Origin: Candidatus Dojkabacteria bacterium
Lineage (GTDB): Bacteria; Patescibacteriota; Dojkabacteria; SC72
Length of the DNA stretch: 64,000 bases
Reading direction: 5' to 3'
NCBI GenBank assembly: GCA_040765985.1
Contig: JAXGRK010000004.1
Location: 5,773 to 69,772, forward strand
In this document: positions 1 to 10,795 of the stretch, one piece after another
Numbering within the stretch: the stretch's first letter is position 1
Layout: each line of letters opens with the position of its first letter
Made by a program: the position numbers and the translations under genes
The notes under the pieces: model-generated
Told to the model about the DNA's origin: nothing
Seen by the model: the letters and a program-made list of their open reading frames with translations, nothing else
Databases searched by the model: none

Positions 1-1043
1 TCTGGTATCCAAAAGAAACCACCTTCGTAAAGTTTATTCCAAAACAAACTATTGCCTTTTGCCTTAACAGCTAATGCCATAATTAGAGGAAGTAAATCTG
101 TAGGAAAGTATGGCCATGGAGCTGCCTCTACTTTTTGTAACAGATTTTTTGTAAATGGTTCAACAACTTTTAAATCTCCATTACTTACAGAGTATGCAGT
201 ATCTTTATCATATTTAATTTCAACTCCAAATTTAGCAAATGTTTTGTTTATCAATTGAAAATGTTGTGGTATAGCATTTTTAACTCTTACATCCCCACCT
301 GTCATTGCCCCTAGTGCTAGAAGTGTTGTTATCTCATGATGATCAGAAGATATTGAAAACTGAGTACCGTGTAAACTCTTTACTCCATGTACTGTAAGTG
401 TTGAAGAGCCAACGCCCTCAATATTTGCTCCCATCTGAATTAAAAAATTACAAAGATCTTGAACATGTGGCTCAGATGCAGCATTTACCATTACAGATGT
501 GCCTTTAGCCAAAGCAGCTGCCATTGCAAAGTTCTCTGTAGTAGTAACTGACATGTAATCCTGCCATAGCTGACCACCTATCAAACCATCAACTGCTTCA
601 ATCTTAATGGTTTCTCCAGATGTTATCTTTGCACCTAAAGTACTTAATACTTCAAGATGTGGATCTAATTCTCTAATTCCAAGAGAACATCCTCCAATCT
701 CCTCATTGACCTCCAATATTTTGTGTCTATGCAACAAAGGAGCAAGTAAAAGGACTGCCCCTCTCATACCAAGTGGGAAACCAGTGTCGTCAAAAGATTT
801 ACAGAATCCGGAGTTATCAATTAATATCTCTTCTTTCTCTTTGTCCCACTTAATTACTGAACCCAAACTCTCCATTAGGTCAATTAATTTTGAGACATCA
901 GTTAACTCTGGGAAGTTTTTAATTGTAATTGGCTCATCTGTAAGCAAAGTAGCACATAGAATTGGTAATGCAGAGTTTTTGTTTCCAGCAGGAGTAATTA
1001 CTCCACTTAATTTATTTCCTCCTTTAACTATTAAGTTTGACAT
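1..1043 (-). CDS. murA: UDP-N-acetylglucosamine 1-carboxyvinyltransferase (MurA); 3' end lies beyond the window edge
   Basis: Own minus-strand translation from ATG 1043..1041: MSNLIVKGGNKLSGVITPAGNKNSALPILCATLLTDEPITIKNFPEL...EIGGCSLGIRELDPH... It stays open to position 1, and is absent from the ORF track because no stop lies in the window. Matches the MurA N-terminus and Cys active-site loop. Confidence 0.85.
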   Translation of the reverse strand, partial: MSNLIVKGGNKLSGVITPAGNKNSALPILCATLLTDEPITIKNFPELTDVSKLIDLMESLGSVIKWDKEKEEILIDNSGFCKSFDDTGFPLGMRGAVLLLAPLLHRHKILEVNEEIGGCSLGIRELDPHLEVLSTLGAKITSGETIKIEAVDGLIGGQLWQDYMSVTTTENFAMAAALAKGTSVMVNAASEPHVQDLCNFLIQMGANIEGVGSSTLTVHGVKSLHGTQFSISSDHHEITTLLALGAMTGGDVRVKNAIPQHFQLINKTFAKFGVEIKYDKDTAYSVSNGDLKVVEPFTKNLLQKVEAAPWPYFPTDLLPLIMALAVKAKGNSLFWNKLYEGGFFWIP

Positions 1044-1052
1044 ATATTGGTA

Positions 1053-2100
1053 TTAAATAATATTAATTTCACACTCTAAATCTAAATTAGTTTTAGATTT
1101 AATATCATCTTTAATGTTGTTAATAAATTGAAGTATCTCTTGACCAGAGCAATTACCGTAGTTTGTAACAATCAACGGATGATGTATCCAGGTACCTACT
1201 TGTCCTTCTCTTTTGTTTTTCCATCCTAATTTTTCAAGTATATATGCAGCAGGTATTTTAACGATATCTGGTTTGTTTGTTTCAAACTTTGGTAATTCTG
1301 GAAACTCATTAAGTAACTGTTTGTATTTAGATATGTGAATATGTGGGTTTTTAAAAGTACTACCACAGGAACCGTACTCCTCAACTTTAGGAAGTTTTTC
1401 TTCTCTGATTTTTTTTATCGTCTTGTATAAAGTTTTTGGTGTAATATCATTTTCTTCCAGAGATTCTTTAATACCAGAATATTCAAGATATTTATCATCA
1501 ATGTGTCCTTTAAAAATGGGTAATTTAAATGTAACAGATTTAACAATCATTTTGTTTTTTAATTCTTTTTTAAAAATACTATCCCTATATCCGAAGTCAC
1601 ACTCAGAATTCGTTAGTATTTGTATCTTGTGATTCTCCATATTAAATATTTCAACCTCAGAAATGAAATCTTTTATCTCAACCCCATACGCTCCAACATT
1701 TTGAATGGGAGTAGCTCCTACTGTACCAGGTATGTATGCCAGATTATGCAAGCCCATTAAGTTGTTATCTATACTCCATTGTACAAAAAGAATCCCAGTT
1801 TTCTCCTGCTTGTATATTTACTTCAAAAAACGAATCTGTTTTACTTACTATCTTTTCACCCAAATTTTTGACTTGTATTACATTACCCTTAAAGTCCTTA
1901 GTAAAAAGAATATTTGAACCACCTCCAAGAATTAAGAAATTTTTACTATCAAGATATTCAAAAAGTTTTGTATTTGTAAAATCTTTATCAGAATCGATAG
2001 AACACAGTGTGTTAGCCATTACATCAACATGAAATGTATTCAAAGTTTTAATAGATACATTACTTAGTATGTTCATTAAGCAAGTATATATCAGATACAA
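1053..2100 (-). pseudogene. murB: UDP-N-acetylenolpyruvoylglucosamine reductase (MurB), one frameshift as sequenced
   Basis: ORFs 1765..2100 (..LILGGGSNILF..) and 1053..1757 (..AYIPGTVGATPIQNVGAYG..) together make MurB. The frames join (ENWDSF|VQWSIDNNLMG) if one base of the A5 run at ~1785-1789 is removed. Confidence 0.85.
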
Positions 2101-2115
2101 AAAAACAGTAGATAT

Positions 2116-3309
2116 CTATTTAAGATATTCACTTAAGATATTTTCTAAAATTGAAGATACTGCATTTGTTGGAAACAGTGTATCTAGCTTTTTTGTATCA
2201 ATATCTCTTAAAGCTTGTTTTTCTAACATTTCAATTTCATTTGTAATGTCACTTTGCTCTAGATCTTTCTCTTCTAGAATATTAGCAGTACCAATATCGT
2301 GAAGTATTTTTGCATTCAAATACTGTTCATTATGTGTAACCCAAGGGATAGGGATGAAAAGGGCATATTTTTTTAATACCCCTATTTCATATACAGTATT
2401 CGCACCAGATCTTCCAACAAAGAGATTCATACTATTTAAGACATATCCAATAGTTTCACTATCTATGAATTTTTTGATTACGAATCTTTCATTTTCCTGT
2501 GCGGTTAAACCTTGTTTAATATCTAAACCTTTTTCATAGTCCTTAAATATTTCGTTTTCTCCAGTTTGAAGCAGTACTTTATATTTTTTTAATAACTTAG
2601 GTAAAGAGTTAAATATTTTTGTGTTTATACTATGAGAACCAAGTCCTCCTCCAGAGATATATACGAAAGGGAGATCTCTGTTTGTTACTAAAGGAAACTA
2701 TATCTTTATCCGTTTTAGGAGATATCTCTTTTTAAAGATATCTTTTCTAACAACATTACCAACGTGAGATGTTTTCTGTTTTGAGAAAAACCTTGTTGAA
2801 TCCTTAAATGATAAATATACTTTCTTGGCAAATTTACCAACAATCTTGTTTGAGAGACCTACTGATACAGTTTGCTCATGAAGATATACTGGTTTTTTGT
2901 ATATCCATCCTGATATACATACAGGCACAGAAACAAAACCACCCGAAGAGATTATGAGGGTGGGATTAAATTTCTTCATAATTTTAATAGAATCAACAAG
3001 CCCATTGAGAGATCTTAGTAAAAGAGAGGAATCGTGTTTAAAGACAACTTCCTTTGTAGCTTTCCTGCTCTAATGTAAGGTATTAAATTGTGAATTTTTA
3101 AATTGCTTCTGTTCGAGAGAGTTTCCTACTTTCTCATTTTCCATACCTAAGTCACCTCCTACATAAAGGATATTGGACACAGGTATATTGTAGTTATCAA
3201 TTAAAGAATCAATTAAGCTTTTTGCAACAGATATATGACCACCACTTCCTCCTCCAGTAATCAGAATTTTAATTTCAGATTTAAGCATTTTTTGTATATC
3301 TACTAACAT
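2116..3309 (-). pseudogene. murG: MurG glycosyltransferase (lipid II synthesis) with two apparent in-frame TAG codons (2698-2700, 3070-3072)
   Basis: Segments 3070..3309 (ILITGGGSGGHISVA), 2698..2979 (SSGGFVSVPV) and 2116..2697 (FVYISGGGLGSHS...FVGRSGANTVYEI) share one frame. Next to the 3070 TAG, the conserved AGKLxR segment (IPYIRAGKLQRKLSLNTIPLF) reads in the adjacent frame. Confidence 0.85.
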
Positions 3310-4464
3310 TTAAAAGTAAACCAAATGCAATCATAGTTACCATTGTACTAGAACCACCGTAAGTAAGAAAGGGAAGAGGAATTCCAGTTAGAGGGATGAT
3401 TCCAACATTTGCGGCCATGTTAAAAAATGCTTGACACGCTAACCATACAGTTATCCCAGTTGCCAAAAACTGACCTTCTTTATCTGGAGCACCAAGAGCT
3501 ATTTTGAACCCTCTCCAGAGAAAAATACCCAAGATATTACTATTATGGCACCTCCAAGTAGTCCAAATTCTTCTAAAAGAACAGCGAAAGTAGAATCAGT
3601 GAATGCAGTATTTTCAACTAAATACCCAAACCTTTGTCTAGATTGTCCAAACCCTTTCCCAAGTAATCCTCCACTTCCAATTCCTATTAGAATTTGTTGC
3701 ATCTGATACCCAGTACCTTGAGGATCTGCTACCTCTCCTTTAAGAATGAGATTGAGAAATGTTTGTATTCTTGACATCCTATACGGTTCTAAAAGTATTG
3801 CGATAACTCCAAGTAAGAAAATTAAAGGTATTATTCCAAGTGATCCAACTCTATGTGCATTATCTTTTCCTGAGAGGAAAAGCATTATAAAAGCAGTTAC
3901 ACATATAATCATTGCAGTACCTAAATCTGGTTCAAATACAATTAACAGGGCTACTAGTCCTAAAATAGCAAGAAAAGGTACTAATATTTTCAAGAAACCT
4001 TTTTTTATTGAATCTTCGAATTTTGTATATGAATATTCCTTTTTGGAAAACCAACTTGCAAAATACATCACTATTGCTAACTTAGCAAATTCAGCTGGCT
4101 GAATGGGTGGTAGGATCCGAATTGGAACCATCTTTTTGAACCGTTAACTTCGTTACCGAAAGCAAGTACCAATATTAGTAATACTATTATAATTAGAAGT
4201 ATGGAAAGGAGAATTTCAGTAATTTCCTGTAATCAATAATATAAGCAATAAATCCCAAAATCCCACCAAAAAGTAACCAAGCAATCTGTAATGTAAGAAA
4301 ATGAAATTGATTATTAAAAGGTTCCTGATTAGCTAAATAAACACTAGCATCATATATCATAATGGCTCCAAAAATGGCCATAATAATCAAAAATACCAGT
4401 ATTGATTTATCTGGAGATTTTCTCTGAAGTGAACTTTTCTTTTGGTTTTTCTTTTACTCGACAT
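3281..4464 (-). pseudogene. ftsW: SEDS-family cell-division protein FtsW/RodA, at least 4 frame changes
   Basis: Start ATG at 4464 (MSSKRKTKRK..). ORFs 4193..4390, 3499..4131 and 3281..3532 carry FtsW-like segments (NGSKRW / IQPAEFAKL / GIPLPFLTYGGSSTMVTMIAFGLLLN). Sits in the murG-ftsW gene context. Confidence 0.8.
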
Positions 4465-4496
4465 TATTTCTCTATTAATATACTATATATCTAAGA

Positions 4497-5089
4497 ATGA
4501 CTCAAAATAAGAAAAAAATTGTAATATCTGTTGGGGTCCTGGTGGCTCAGGTAGTACTACAATTTCTAAGATGTTAGCCAATCATTTTGGTATTAAACAT
4601 ATTTATGCTGGAGACCTTTTTAGAAAGGCAGCAAAGGAACGAGATATTGAATATTTCGAAGAATTTCTTCAACAGATATCAAAAGGAGGGAATAGTTTAG
4701 ATTTTGAAATAGATGGGATGTTAGAAGAGTATGCGAAAAATGGAGATGTTGTTCTTGATAGTAAGGTGTATGGTCTTTAGCCAAGGTAAAAGGGATTAAA
4801 GTGTGATGTCTCAATATGGTTAGATTCCAAGATTGGTGTGAAAGTAAAGAGACATTTAGGTAAAGAAAATCTTAAAGGTTTGAAAAAGGTAAAAAGATAT
4901 TTTGAAATTAAGAGCAATTTAAAGAAAAAGATATAGAATTGATAAGGAAAAATATTGGAGATTGTATAAAGTGAGTATGATAAGCCAAATTTGTACTATA
5001 ATATCATATTAGATACATCTAATATGAATGAACAGGAAACATTTAATTTAATTTTAGAAAAAATTAAAGATGGAGGATACATTAAATAA
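4497..5089 (+). pseudogene. Archaeal-type (d)CMP kinase-like P-loop kinase, several frameshifts
   Basis: MTQNKKKIVISVGG-PGGSGSTTISKMLANHFGIKHIYAGDLFRKAAKE... is recovered after restoring one G in the G4 run at ~4533-4536. Later segments (DVSIWLDSKIGVKVKRHLGKEN, YNIILDTSNMNEQETFNLILEKIKDGGYIK*) lie in other frames. Confidence 0.6.
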
Positions 5090-5315
5090 TAGTGGTGGGG
5101 ATGTAAATACACAAAATACAAATGGTACATCACATGTTGATCCTAATTTGCCAAAAGAGTATATCGAGAACAAGGAAACACCGGAGGATTTAGATGTGAC
5201 ATGGACAAGATGGGAGTGTCTTAACTGTGGTTATGTATACGAGGGTGTTGAAGTATTAAAAAAATGCCCAAAGTGTGGCAATGAAAATCCTGATTTGTTT
5301 GAGGATGTTGATTAG
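5070..5315 (+). CDS. Small zinc-ribbon / rubredoxin-like protein with acidic N-terminal tail
   Basis: Intact 81-aa ORF with CxxC...CxxC (WECLNCGYVYEGVEVLKKCPKCGNENPD). Its start overlaps the 3' end of the kinase-like gene in another frame. Confidence 0.5.
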   Translation: MEDTLNNSGGDVNTQNTNGTSHVDPNLPKEYIENKETPEDLDVTWTRWECLNCGYVYEGVEVLKKCPKCGNENPDLFEDVD

Positions 5316-5319
5316 AATC

Positions 5320-5403
5320 TGCCGAGAGGGGGAATCGAACCCCCACTCTATTTCTAGAACAGGATTTTAAGTCCCGCGCGTCTGCCTATTCCGCCATCTC
5401 GGC
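5320..5403 (-). tRNA. tRNA-Leu (anticodon UAA), long variable arm, CCA not encoded
   Basis: Minus strand GCCGAGATGGCGGAATAGGCAGACGCGCGGGACTTAAAATCCTGTTCTAGAAATAGAGTGGGGGTTCGATTCCCCCTCTCGGCA. Acceptor GCCGAGA/TCTCGGC; anticodon loop CUUAAAA; T-loop GGTTCGATTCC. Confidence 0.9.
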
Positions 5404-5448
5404 TAAGAGTTATGTATTTTAAAATACATTGTTCTATTTATCAATACT

Positions 5449-5524
5449 TGGAGGTGACGATGGGACTCGAACCCATGGTAGTGGTTTTGCAGACCACGGC
5501 CTTAACCAGCTTGGCTACGTCACC
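5449..5524 (-). tRNA. tRNA-Cys (anticodon GCA), CCA encoded
   Basis: Minus strand GGTGACGTAGCCAAGCTGGTTAAGGCCGTGGTCTGCAAAACCACTACCATGGGTTCGAGTCCCATCGTCACCTCCA. Anticodon stem GTGGT/ACCAC with loop CUGCAAA. Confidence 0.9.
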
Positions 5525-5531
5525 ATGTTGA

Positions 5532-6961
5532 TTAAGATCCAATTATATCCTTGACTAAAGAAATCTCAAGTATACTGTTGTTGGATCTATTTTTAATAGA
5601 ACTGCCACTAATAATAGCAATTTTATCATCTAAATCCAACTCTCCATAAGAGTATACACACTCGACTGCTTTAGATATTACTTTATCTCTATCTCCTGAG
5701 AGTTCTTTTAGATAGTATCCTTTTACCCTCTTAGAAGAGAATTCTGCCGAATCCTTTGTAAATCTGTTCCAATTTCCCAAATTGGAATATTTAATCTATG
5801 CCTAGAGATACTTTGAGATGTTTTACCAGTTTCAGAAATTACAACAACTCCTTTTAGATTTAAATTCTGAGAGATATCAAAAAGGGAATTACACAGTATA
5901 TCAGTTTCCATACTTGCCTGAGTATATCCTTCTACTCTTTGTGGTCTGAGGACATTCTCAACTTTTAAAGCAATATCATTTAACATTTTTACGATTGCGC
6001 AGGACTTACCAGTTGATGATTCCGCCGAAAGCATAACAGCATCACACCCATCCATTATCGCATTGGCTACATCACTTACCTCTGCTCTTGTAGGTCTTAA
6101 ATGTTCTTTCATTGATTCAAGCATTTGAGTGGCAACGATTACTGGTTTCCCGACCGACCTACATTTATATATCAATTGTTTTTGAATAATTGGAACTTCA
6201 GGAAGTGGTATTTCTACACCCATATCTCCTCTTCCAATCATCACGCCATCCACAAAGTTTAGTATCTGATCAAAATTATCTATTCCCTCTCTATCCTCTA
6301 TCTTTGCAATCAATTTGATTTTACTATTTCCGATAATTTCTCTAATATTAGCAACATCATTTACATTTCTTATATATGAAGCAGAAATAAAATCGAAATT
6401 ATTATTTACTGCATATTTAATGTCATTGATATCTTTCTGGCTTAGGGAGGGGAATTTTAAACGAGTGTTTGGAATATTAACTGTTTTTAATGGTTTAAGA
6501 GTACCACCCTGTTCTACTTCACAACTGATTTCTTCATTTTTAATATCCAATACTCTAAGTATTATATTCCCATCGTCCAGAAGTATATTACAGTTTCTAG
6601 AGATATCCTTGTGCAGGGAATCATATGTAATTGCAATGTATGTAGTAGCCGAAGTTTCAGGTATTATATACTCTTTAGGAACAATTATTACTTTATCTTT
6701 TTGTTTAAGTTCTATCTCCTTTTCAAACCCAGTAACACGAATCTTAAAGCCCTTAGTATCAAGCATTAGAGCAACTCTAGGAGAGATTCCTCGTATACTT
6801 TTAGATACTCTATTCAATTCATCAAAGTCTGCAAAAGAGGCATTGATTCTTGCTACATCCATACCATTTGTAATCATCGCTCTTAAGACTGTTTCATCCC
6901 AAGAAGTTGGCCCTATTGTTGCTATTATTTTCGTTTTAGAAAAAGAATCCATATATATCAA
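5532..6961 (-). pseudogene. pyk: Pyruvate kinase, one frameshift near 5723-5780 separating the C-terminal ~80 aa
   Basis: The 412-aa ORF 5723..6961 (KIIATIGPTS...MVARGDLGVEIP-like GRGDMGVEIPLPEVPIIQK...) overlaps ORF 5532..5780, which supplies the C-terminal regulatory-domain end. Confidence 0.9.
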
Positions 6962-7087
6962 ATATACATTAAGAGAGAGATTAAGAACAACCGTTTTCTT
7001 ATCCTATATTATTTCAATTTGCCAAAATATATTTTGAGTATGTAAAATGCTAATATATTATTTATATTAAATGTAATTTACTGTGTT

Positions 7088-7495
7088 ATGAAAAAATTTA
7101 TAAAGAATTTAATACAGTATATGTTATGTGCATATTTTATACTGACAATATTTAAAGGTATCTCTATACCAACAAATTCAATATACTTAATATCTTCATT
7201 GTTAATATTGGCTTTTGCTGTGTTCTTCTCTTCTGCAATATTAAGTTTCTTAACAATAAGGGAGAATTTCTTAACAAGTTTCATAATGGTATTGTTAATT
7301 AGTCTCGGAATATTTTTTCTTCTTCAAGAGTTAATGCCTGGTTTTAATATTGAGGAATATGAATTCAATGGTATAGATACTGGTAATCTAGTTATACATC
7401 CATTTACGATTACTTCGATAATTACAATGGTAATTGGAAGTGCTGGATTCTCTTTTGTCTCATCAATGTTGAAAGTTCTTGAGAAAAGTTCATAA
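7088..7495 (+). CDS. Small 4-TM membrane protein (holin-superfamily-IV-like topology), function unknown
   Basis: Intact 135-aa ORF with four hydrophobic stretches. The antisense ORF 7078..7284 is judged spurious. Confidence 0.45.
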   Translation: MKKFIKNLIQYMLCAYFILTIFKGISIPTNSIYLISSLLILAFAVFFSSAILSFLTIRENFLTSFIMVLLISLGIFFLLQELMPGFNIEEYEFNGIDTGNLVIHPFTITSIITMVIGSAGFSFVSSMLKVLEKSS

Positions 7496-7513
7496 TATTG
7501 TATAATCAGGACT

Positions 7514-7747
7514 ATGAGTGAAACCATACAAAATATACTATTGTATATACAAATTGGAATTAGTGTACTAGTCGTAATATCTATTCTTTTACAAAATAGG
7601 GCTGAAGGGTTGGGGAAGATGTTTGGTGGTGGTGGAGAGGTATTTAGAACTAAAAGAGGTTTAGAAAAATTTCTTTACTACTTTACAATTATTTTAACTT
7701 TCCTCCTTATTGCTATATCTTTGTTGATATATAAATACTCTGTCTAA
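7514..7747 (+). CDS. secG: Preprotein translocase subunit SecG
   Basis: 77 aa and 2 TM, with the typical LLQNRAEGLGKMFGGGGEVFRTKRGLEKFL segment between the TM helices. Confidence 0.8.
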   Translation: MSETIQNILLYIQIGISVLVVISILLQNRAEGLGKMFGGGGEVFRTKRGLEKFLYYFTIILTFLLIAISLLIYKYSV

Positions 7748-7754
7748 AGATTGA

Positions 7755-9533
7755 ATGGTTAATTCAAACGAGAACGAAAAAAAAACTATCCGTAAATCAA
7801 TGAAAGAGGCCTTTGAGTATATTATTCCTTCTAAGGATGTGATAAAGGTGGGGCCTAAGAAAAACAAATTAACCTTTAGGGATTGGTTGTGGGAGTATCC
7901 CAACAATATTGATAATCTTTTTAAAAATACTGCACCTCTTAGTTTTATAACTATTTTTTCAATAATAGGTTTAGCACTTTTTGCTTTTCTTACTAGTTCT
8001 ATATTTGCAAATGTTATATCTAAGGAAAAAGAGGATATTTTTGTGGAGGGAAGCGTGGGTGCGATATCTTCATTTAATCCGTTGTTTACTTCACAAAGTA
8101 ATGTAGATGCAGATATTCGAGCTTTAGTTTTTGAAAAGTTTGTAAGCATATCCAAAGATGGGACTCCAACTGCCGGAATTGCAAAGGAATGGAGCGCTTC
8201 TGTAGATGGTAAAGTCTATGATATTACAATATCCCTGGATCATAAATGGCAAGATGGTAAACCATTAACTTTGGATGATGTGCTTTTTACTTTTGAAATT
8301 GCTAAAGAGCTCGCTTCAAAATTTAGCTATGATACTATTGGGTCCCCCTTGAAAGATGTAAGTATAGAGAAAATATCAGAGGATAAGATACGATTTACAC
8401 TTTCTGAAAGTAATGCGACTTTCTTTGAGGCAATATCTGTATATATTATACCTAAGCATAAGTTTGAGGGTGTCAGAACAGTAGATATACCTTTTGATTC
8501 TTTTGCAAAATATCCTCTTGGTTCTGGCTCTTATCAAGTGTATAGATCTGAGCCAAATGTTGTATACCTTAAAGCATCGGATTATCATTCTCCAAGACCT
8601 GAAATTGATACTTTCATATACAGAATATATTCAAATAATGATGCACTTGAAGCTGCGTTTAGAAATGGTGTTCTTGATGCTATGGGAACTGTTGATCATT
8701 TTAGTATGTCTTATGTTGAAGAATACTCTGGATATAATGAATACTCTGTTATTTTGAATTCAAGGTTAAGAATGATATTTTTTAATACAAGAAAAGAGAA
8801 ATTCGAAAGTAAAGATTTTAGAATTGCTATTAACTACTTGCTTAACAAAACATTACTTCTACAGAAAGCAAATATTTCAGGGGAGGTTGTTTATTCCCCT
8901 ATTCCTACTTCTTCTTGGGCATACAATGAAGGGAGCATAATTAAATATGAATACAATCCGCAGAAGGCAAAAGAGATTTTAAATAGTATGGGGTATATTA
9001 AAAATGAAAACAGTGGGTATTTTGAAACAGAGAACAAGAAAATTCTTAGTTTAACGTTAAGCTACTATGGTAATGATTTAAATGAAAGAATAGCATTGTC
9101 TCTTAAAGAAATATTAAAAGATGAAGGTATTGTTCTTAATTTAGAATCTTTAACATATACTCAACTTACCCAAGAGATTGTTGCTACAAGAGACTTTGAA
9201 CTTTTAATGTATGAGGTTGAAACAACTATTGACCCAGATCAGTATAATCTATGGCACTCACTTAAAACAAACTATCCTGATTTAAATCTCTCTGGTTACT
9301 CATACGAAAGGGTCGATATCTTACTTGAAGAAGCACGTAAGAGTTTAAAAAGAGATAAAAGAGTATCCAATTATGCATTGTTTCAAAAATATTTAACACA
9401 AGATGTTCCTGTAATCTTTCTGTATCATCCAAAATATATATATGAGATAAAGGAGAGCATAAATATTGGAGACATAAGTAATATTCTTTATCCTTATCAG
9501 AGATTTGAAAATATAGGTACTTGGGAGAAATAA
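7755..9533 (+). CDS. ABC-transporter substrate-binding protein, family 5 (peptide/nickel, OppA/DppA-like), N-terminal membrane anchor
   Basis: Intact 592-aa ORF with a TM at ~aa 60-85. SBP_bac_5-like segments are present (FVEGSVGAISSFNPLF, GIAKEWSASVDGKVYDITI, KWQDGKPLTLDDVLFTFE, LNLSGYSYERVDILLEEA). No permease or ATPase genes are adjacent. Confidence 0.75.
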   Translation: MVNSNENEKKTIRKSMKEAFEYIIPSKDVIKVGPKKNKLTFRDWLWEYPNNIDNLFKNTAPLSFITIFSIIGLALFAFLTSSIFANVISKEKEDIFVEGSVGAISSFNPLFTSQSNVDADIRALVFEKFVSISKDGTPTAGIAKEWSASVDGKVYDITISLDHKWQDGKPLTLDDVLFTFEIAKELASKFSYDTIGSPLKDVSIEKISEDKIRFTLSESNATFFEAISVYIIPKHKFEGVRTVDIPFDSFAKYPLGSGSYQVYRSEPNVVYLKASDYHSPRPEIDTFIYRIYSNNDALEAAFRNGVLDAMGTVDHFSMSYVEEYSGYNEYSVILNSRLRMIFFNTRKEKFESKDFRIAINYLLNKTLLLQKANISGEVVYSPIPTSSWAYNEGSIIKYEYNPQKAKEILNSMGYIKNENSGYFETENKKILSLTLSYYGNDLNERIALSLKEILKDEGIVLNLESLTYTQLTQEIVATRDFELLMYEVETTIDPDQYNLWHSLKTNYPDLNLSGYSYERVDILLEEARKSLKRDKRVSNYALFQKYLTQDVPVIFLYHPKYIYEIKESINIGDISNILYPYQRFENIGTWEK

Positions 9534-9536
9534 ATA

Positions 9537-9621
9537 TGCCAGAAGGGGGAGTTGAACCCCCACCCTCTTAACGAAGACTACGTTCTGAACGTAGCGTGTC
9601 TGCCATTCCACCATTCTGGCT
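9537..9621 (-). tRNA. tRNA-Leu (anticodon CAG), long variable arm, CCA not encoded
   Basis: Minus strand GCCAGAATGGTGGAATGGCAGACACGCTACGTTCAGAACGTAGTCTTCGTTAAGAGGGTGGGGGTTCAACTCCCCCTTCTGGCA. Anticodon stem CTACG/CGTAG with loop UUCAGAA. Confidence 0.9.
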
Positions 9622-9651
9622 TGAGCACAATTTTATCATATCTTTGTAAAA

Positions 9652-10763
9652 TTATTCTTCCTTTGAGGTTAGGGATACTTTAATTTTTCTTCTTATCTCT
9701 TTTCCATTGTCGTTATCAGGATCTATATTTTTATACTCTCTTAAGAATACATCCTTATTGATTATACTTTCTTTTTTAGTAGGAGTTTTTTCATTAGTAT
9801 TTTCTTTTTGTTCTTCTTTCTTTTCTTCTCCCCCAAATAGCTCTCTAAGAGTTTTTGTGTCTCTCTCATTATTCCCAGAATCTTTTTTACTAATTAAAGT
9901 TTCAACCTCTTTTATTTTTCTTTCCGTTTTGTTTCCATCTATCAAACTTCTAAATATATTTGTTAAAAGAACTCCAAGAAGGAAACCGGCAAGTACAAGA
10001 AGAATTAAATCGGTATTGGTTTTAAATGTATTTATAACATTATCTTTAGTTATTTTTGAAAAAGAAAAAATAATATCAGAATCATCTTTGGTATCTACTT
10101 TTTGACTATCCCCTACATTAAAAGTAACTGTTTCCGAAAGATTACTTGCAAAACCATATTTTCTTGAATATGCAGTAAAAGAGTAAATTCCTTCAGATAC
10201 CCCCTCTTCAGGAGTAATCTCTGCTTTCCAATCCCCTTCTTCATCTGCTAAAACAATTTCAGAATAGTTATATGCATTGGCAGTAAGTGTAAATATTACT
10301 TCTGAGTTAGCCAAAGCGGTTCCAGAAATAGAAATTTTTGTTTCTCCAATGTCTGGAATATTAACGATTGGGGTTCTAGGAATAACTATTAGTTCATATT
10401 CCAATATCTTAATTGTGTCTGTATTGTCAAAAAATCTAAATTTGATTTGATGCCTACCAATACTCAATGCAGGGAAGGTGTAAGGACTTTTAATTTGAAC
10501 AAAATCTTTTCCATCCAGACCTAATTCAACACCTTTCTGGTCAACAGAGGGGTCTGTGAAAGTAATTACATAGCTTGGGTTATCAGTGTATGTAGGAAGA
10601 GTAAAACCAAGTAAGTTAGCAATCTGTTTATTTCTTTCATCTTCCTGCTGATCTAATTCCTCAATTTCAGCTGCTTTGACTTCCCTTAATGATGTGTCCT
10701 GCTGGGCGTACAGATGTAACGGAGATAGGAAAGTTATTAATGTTAAAAGCAGTATTTTTTCAT
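9652..10763 (-). pseudogene. Secreted surface protein (signal peptide, beta-rich/Ig-like middle, C-terminal TM plus Lys/Glu-rich tail); 1-nt shift at codon 3
   Basis: ATG at 10763 then an A6 run. The downstream frame reads KILLLTLITFLSPLHLYAQQ... and is continuous with ORF 9652..10467. TM segment LILLVLAGFLLGVLLTNIF lies near the C-terminus. Confidence 0.6.
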
Positions 10764-10795
10764 ATCTATATTGTATAGGTAAAGACTAAAATTTT

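Noticed and set aside
2698-3072. TAG (or TAA) sense-codon reassignment, based on in-frame stops in murG, the ABC-F gene (14874-14876), the exonuclease (codon 5) and alkD-like
   Set aside because: At the 3070 TAG in murG the conserved motif reads in the neighbouring frame, which indicates compensating indels. The stops are a mix of TAG and TAA. TAG also terminates many intact genes (def, S8 protease, heliorhodopsin, the 168-aa gene, M16).
6315-7037. A 240-aa plus-strand ORF, and similar long ORFs at 607..1056, 7694..8155, 9707..10105, 31847..32407, 35753..36091, 50367..50699, 53755..54096
   Set aside because: All lie antisense to confidently identified genes (pyk, murA, SBP, surface proteins, acd, obg). 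They have Ser/Leu/Ile/Phe-rich compositions typical of shadow ORFs in AT-rich DNA.
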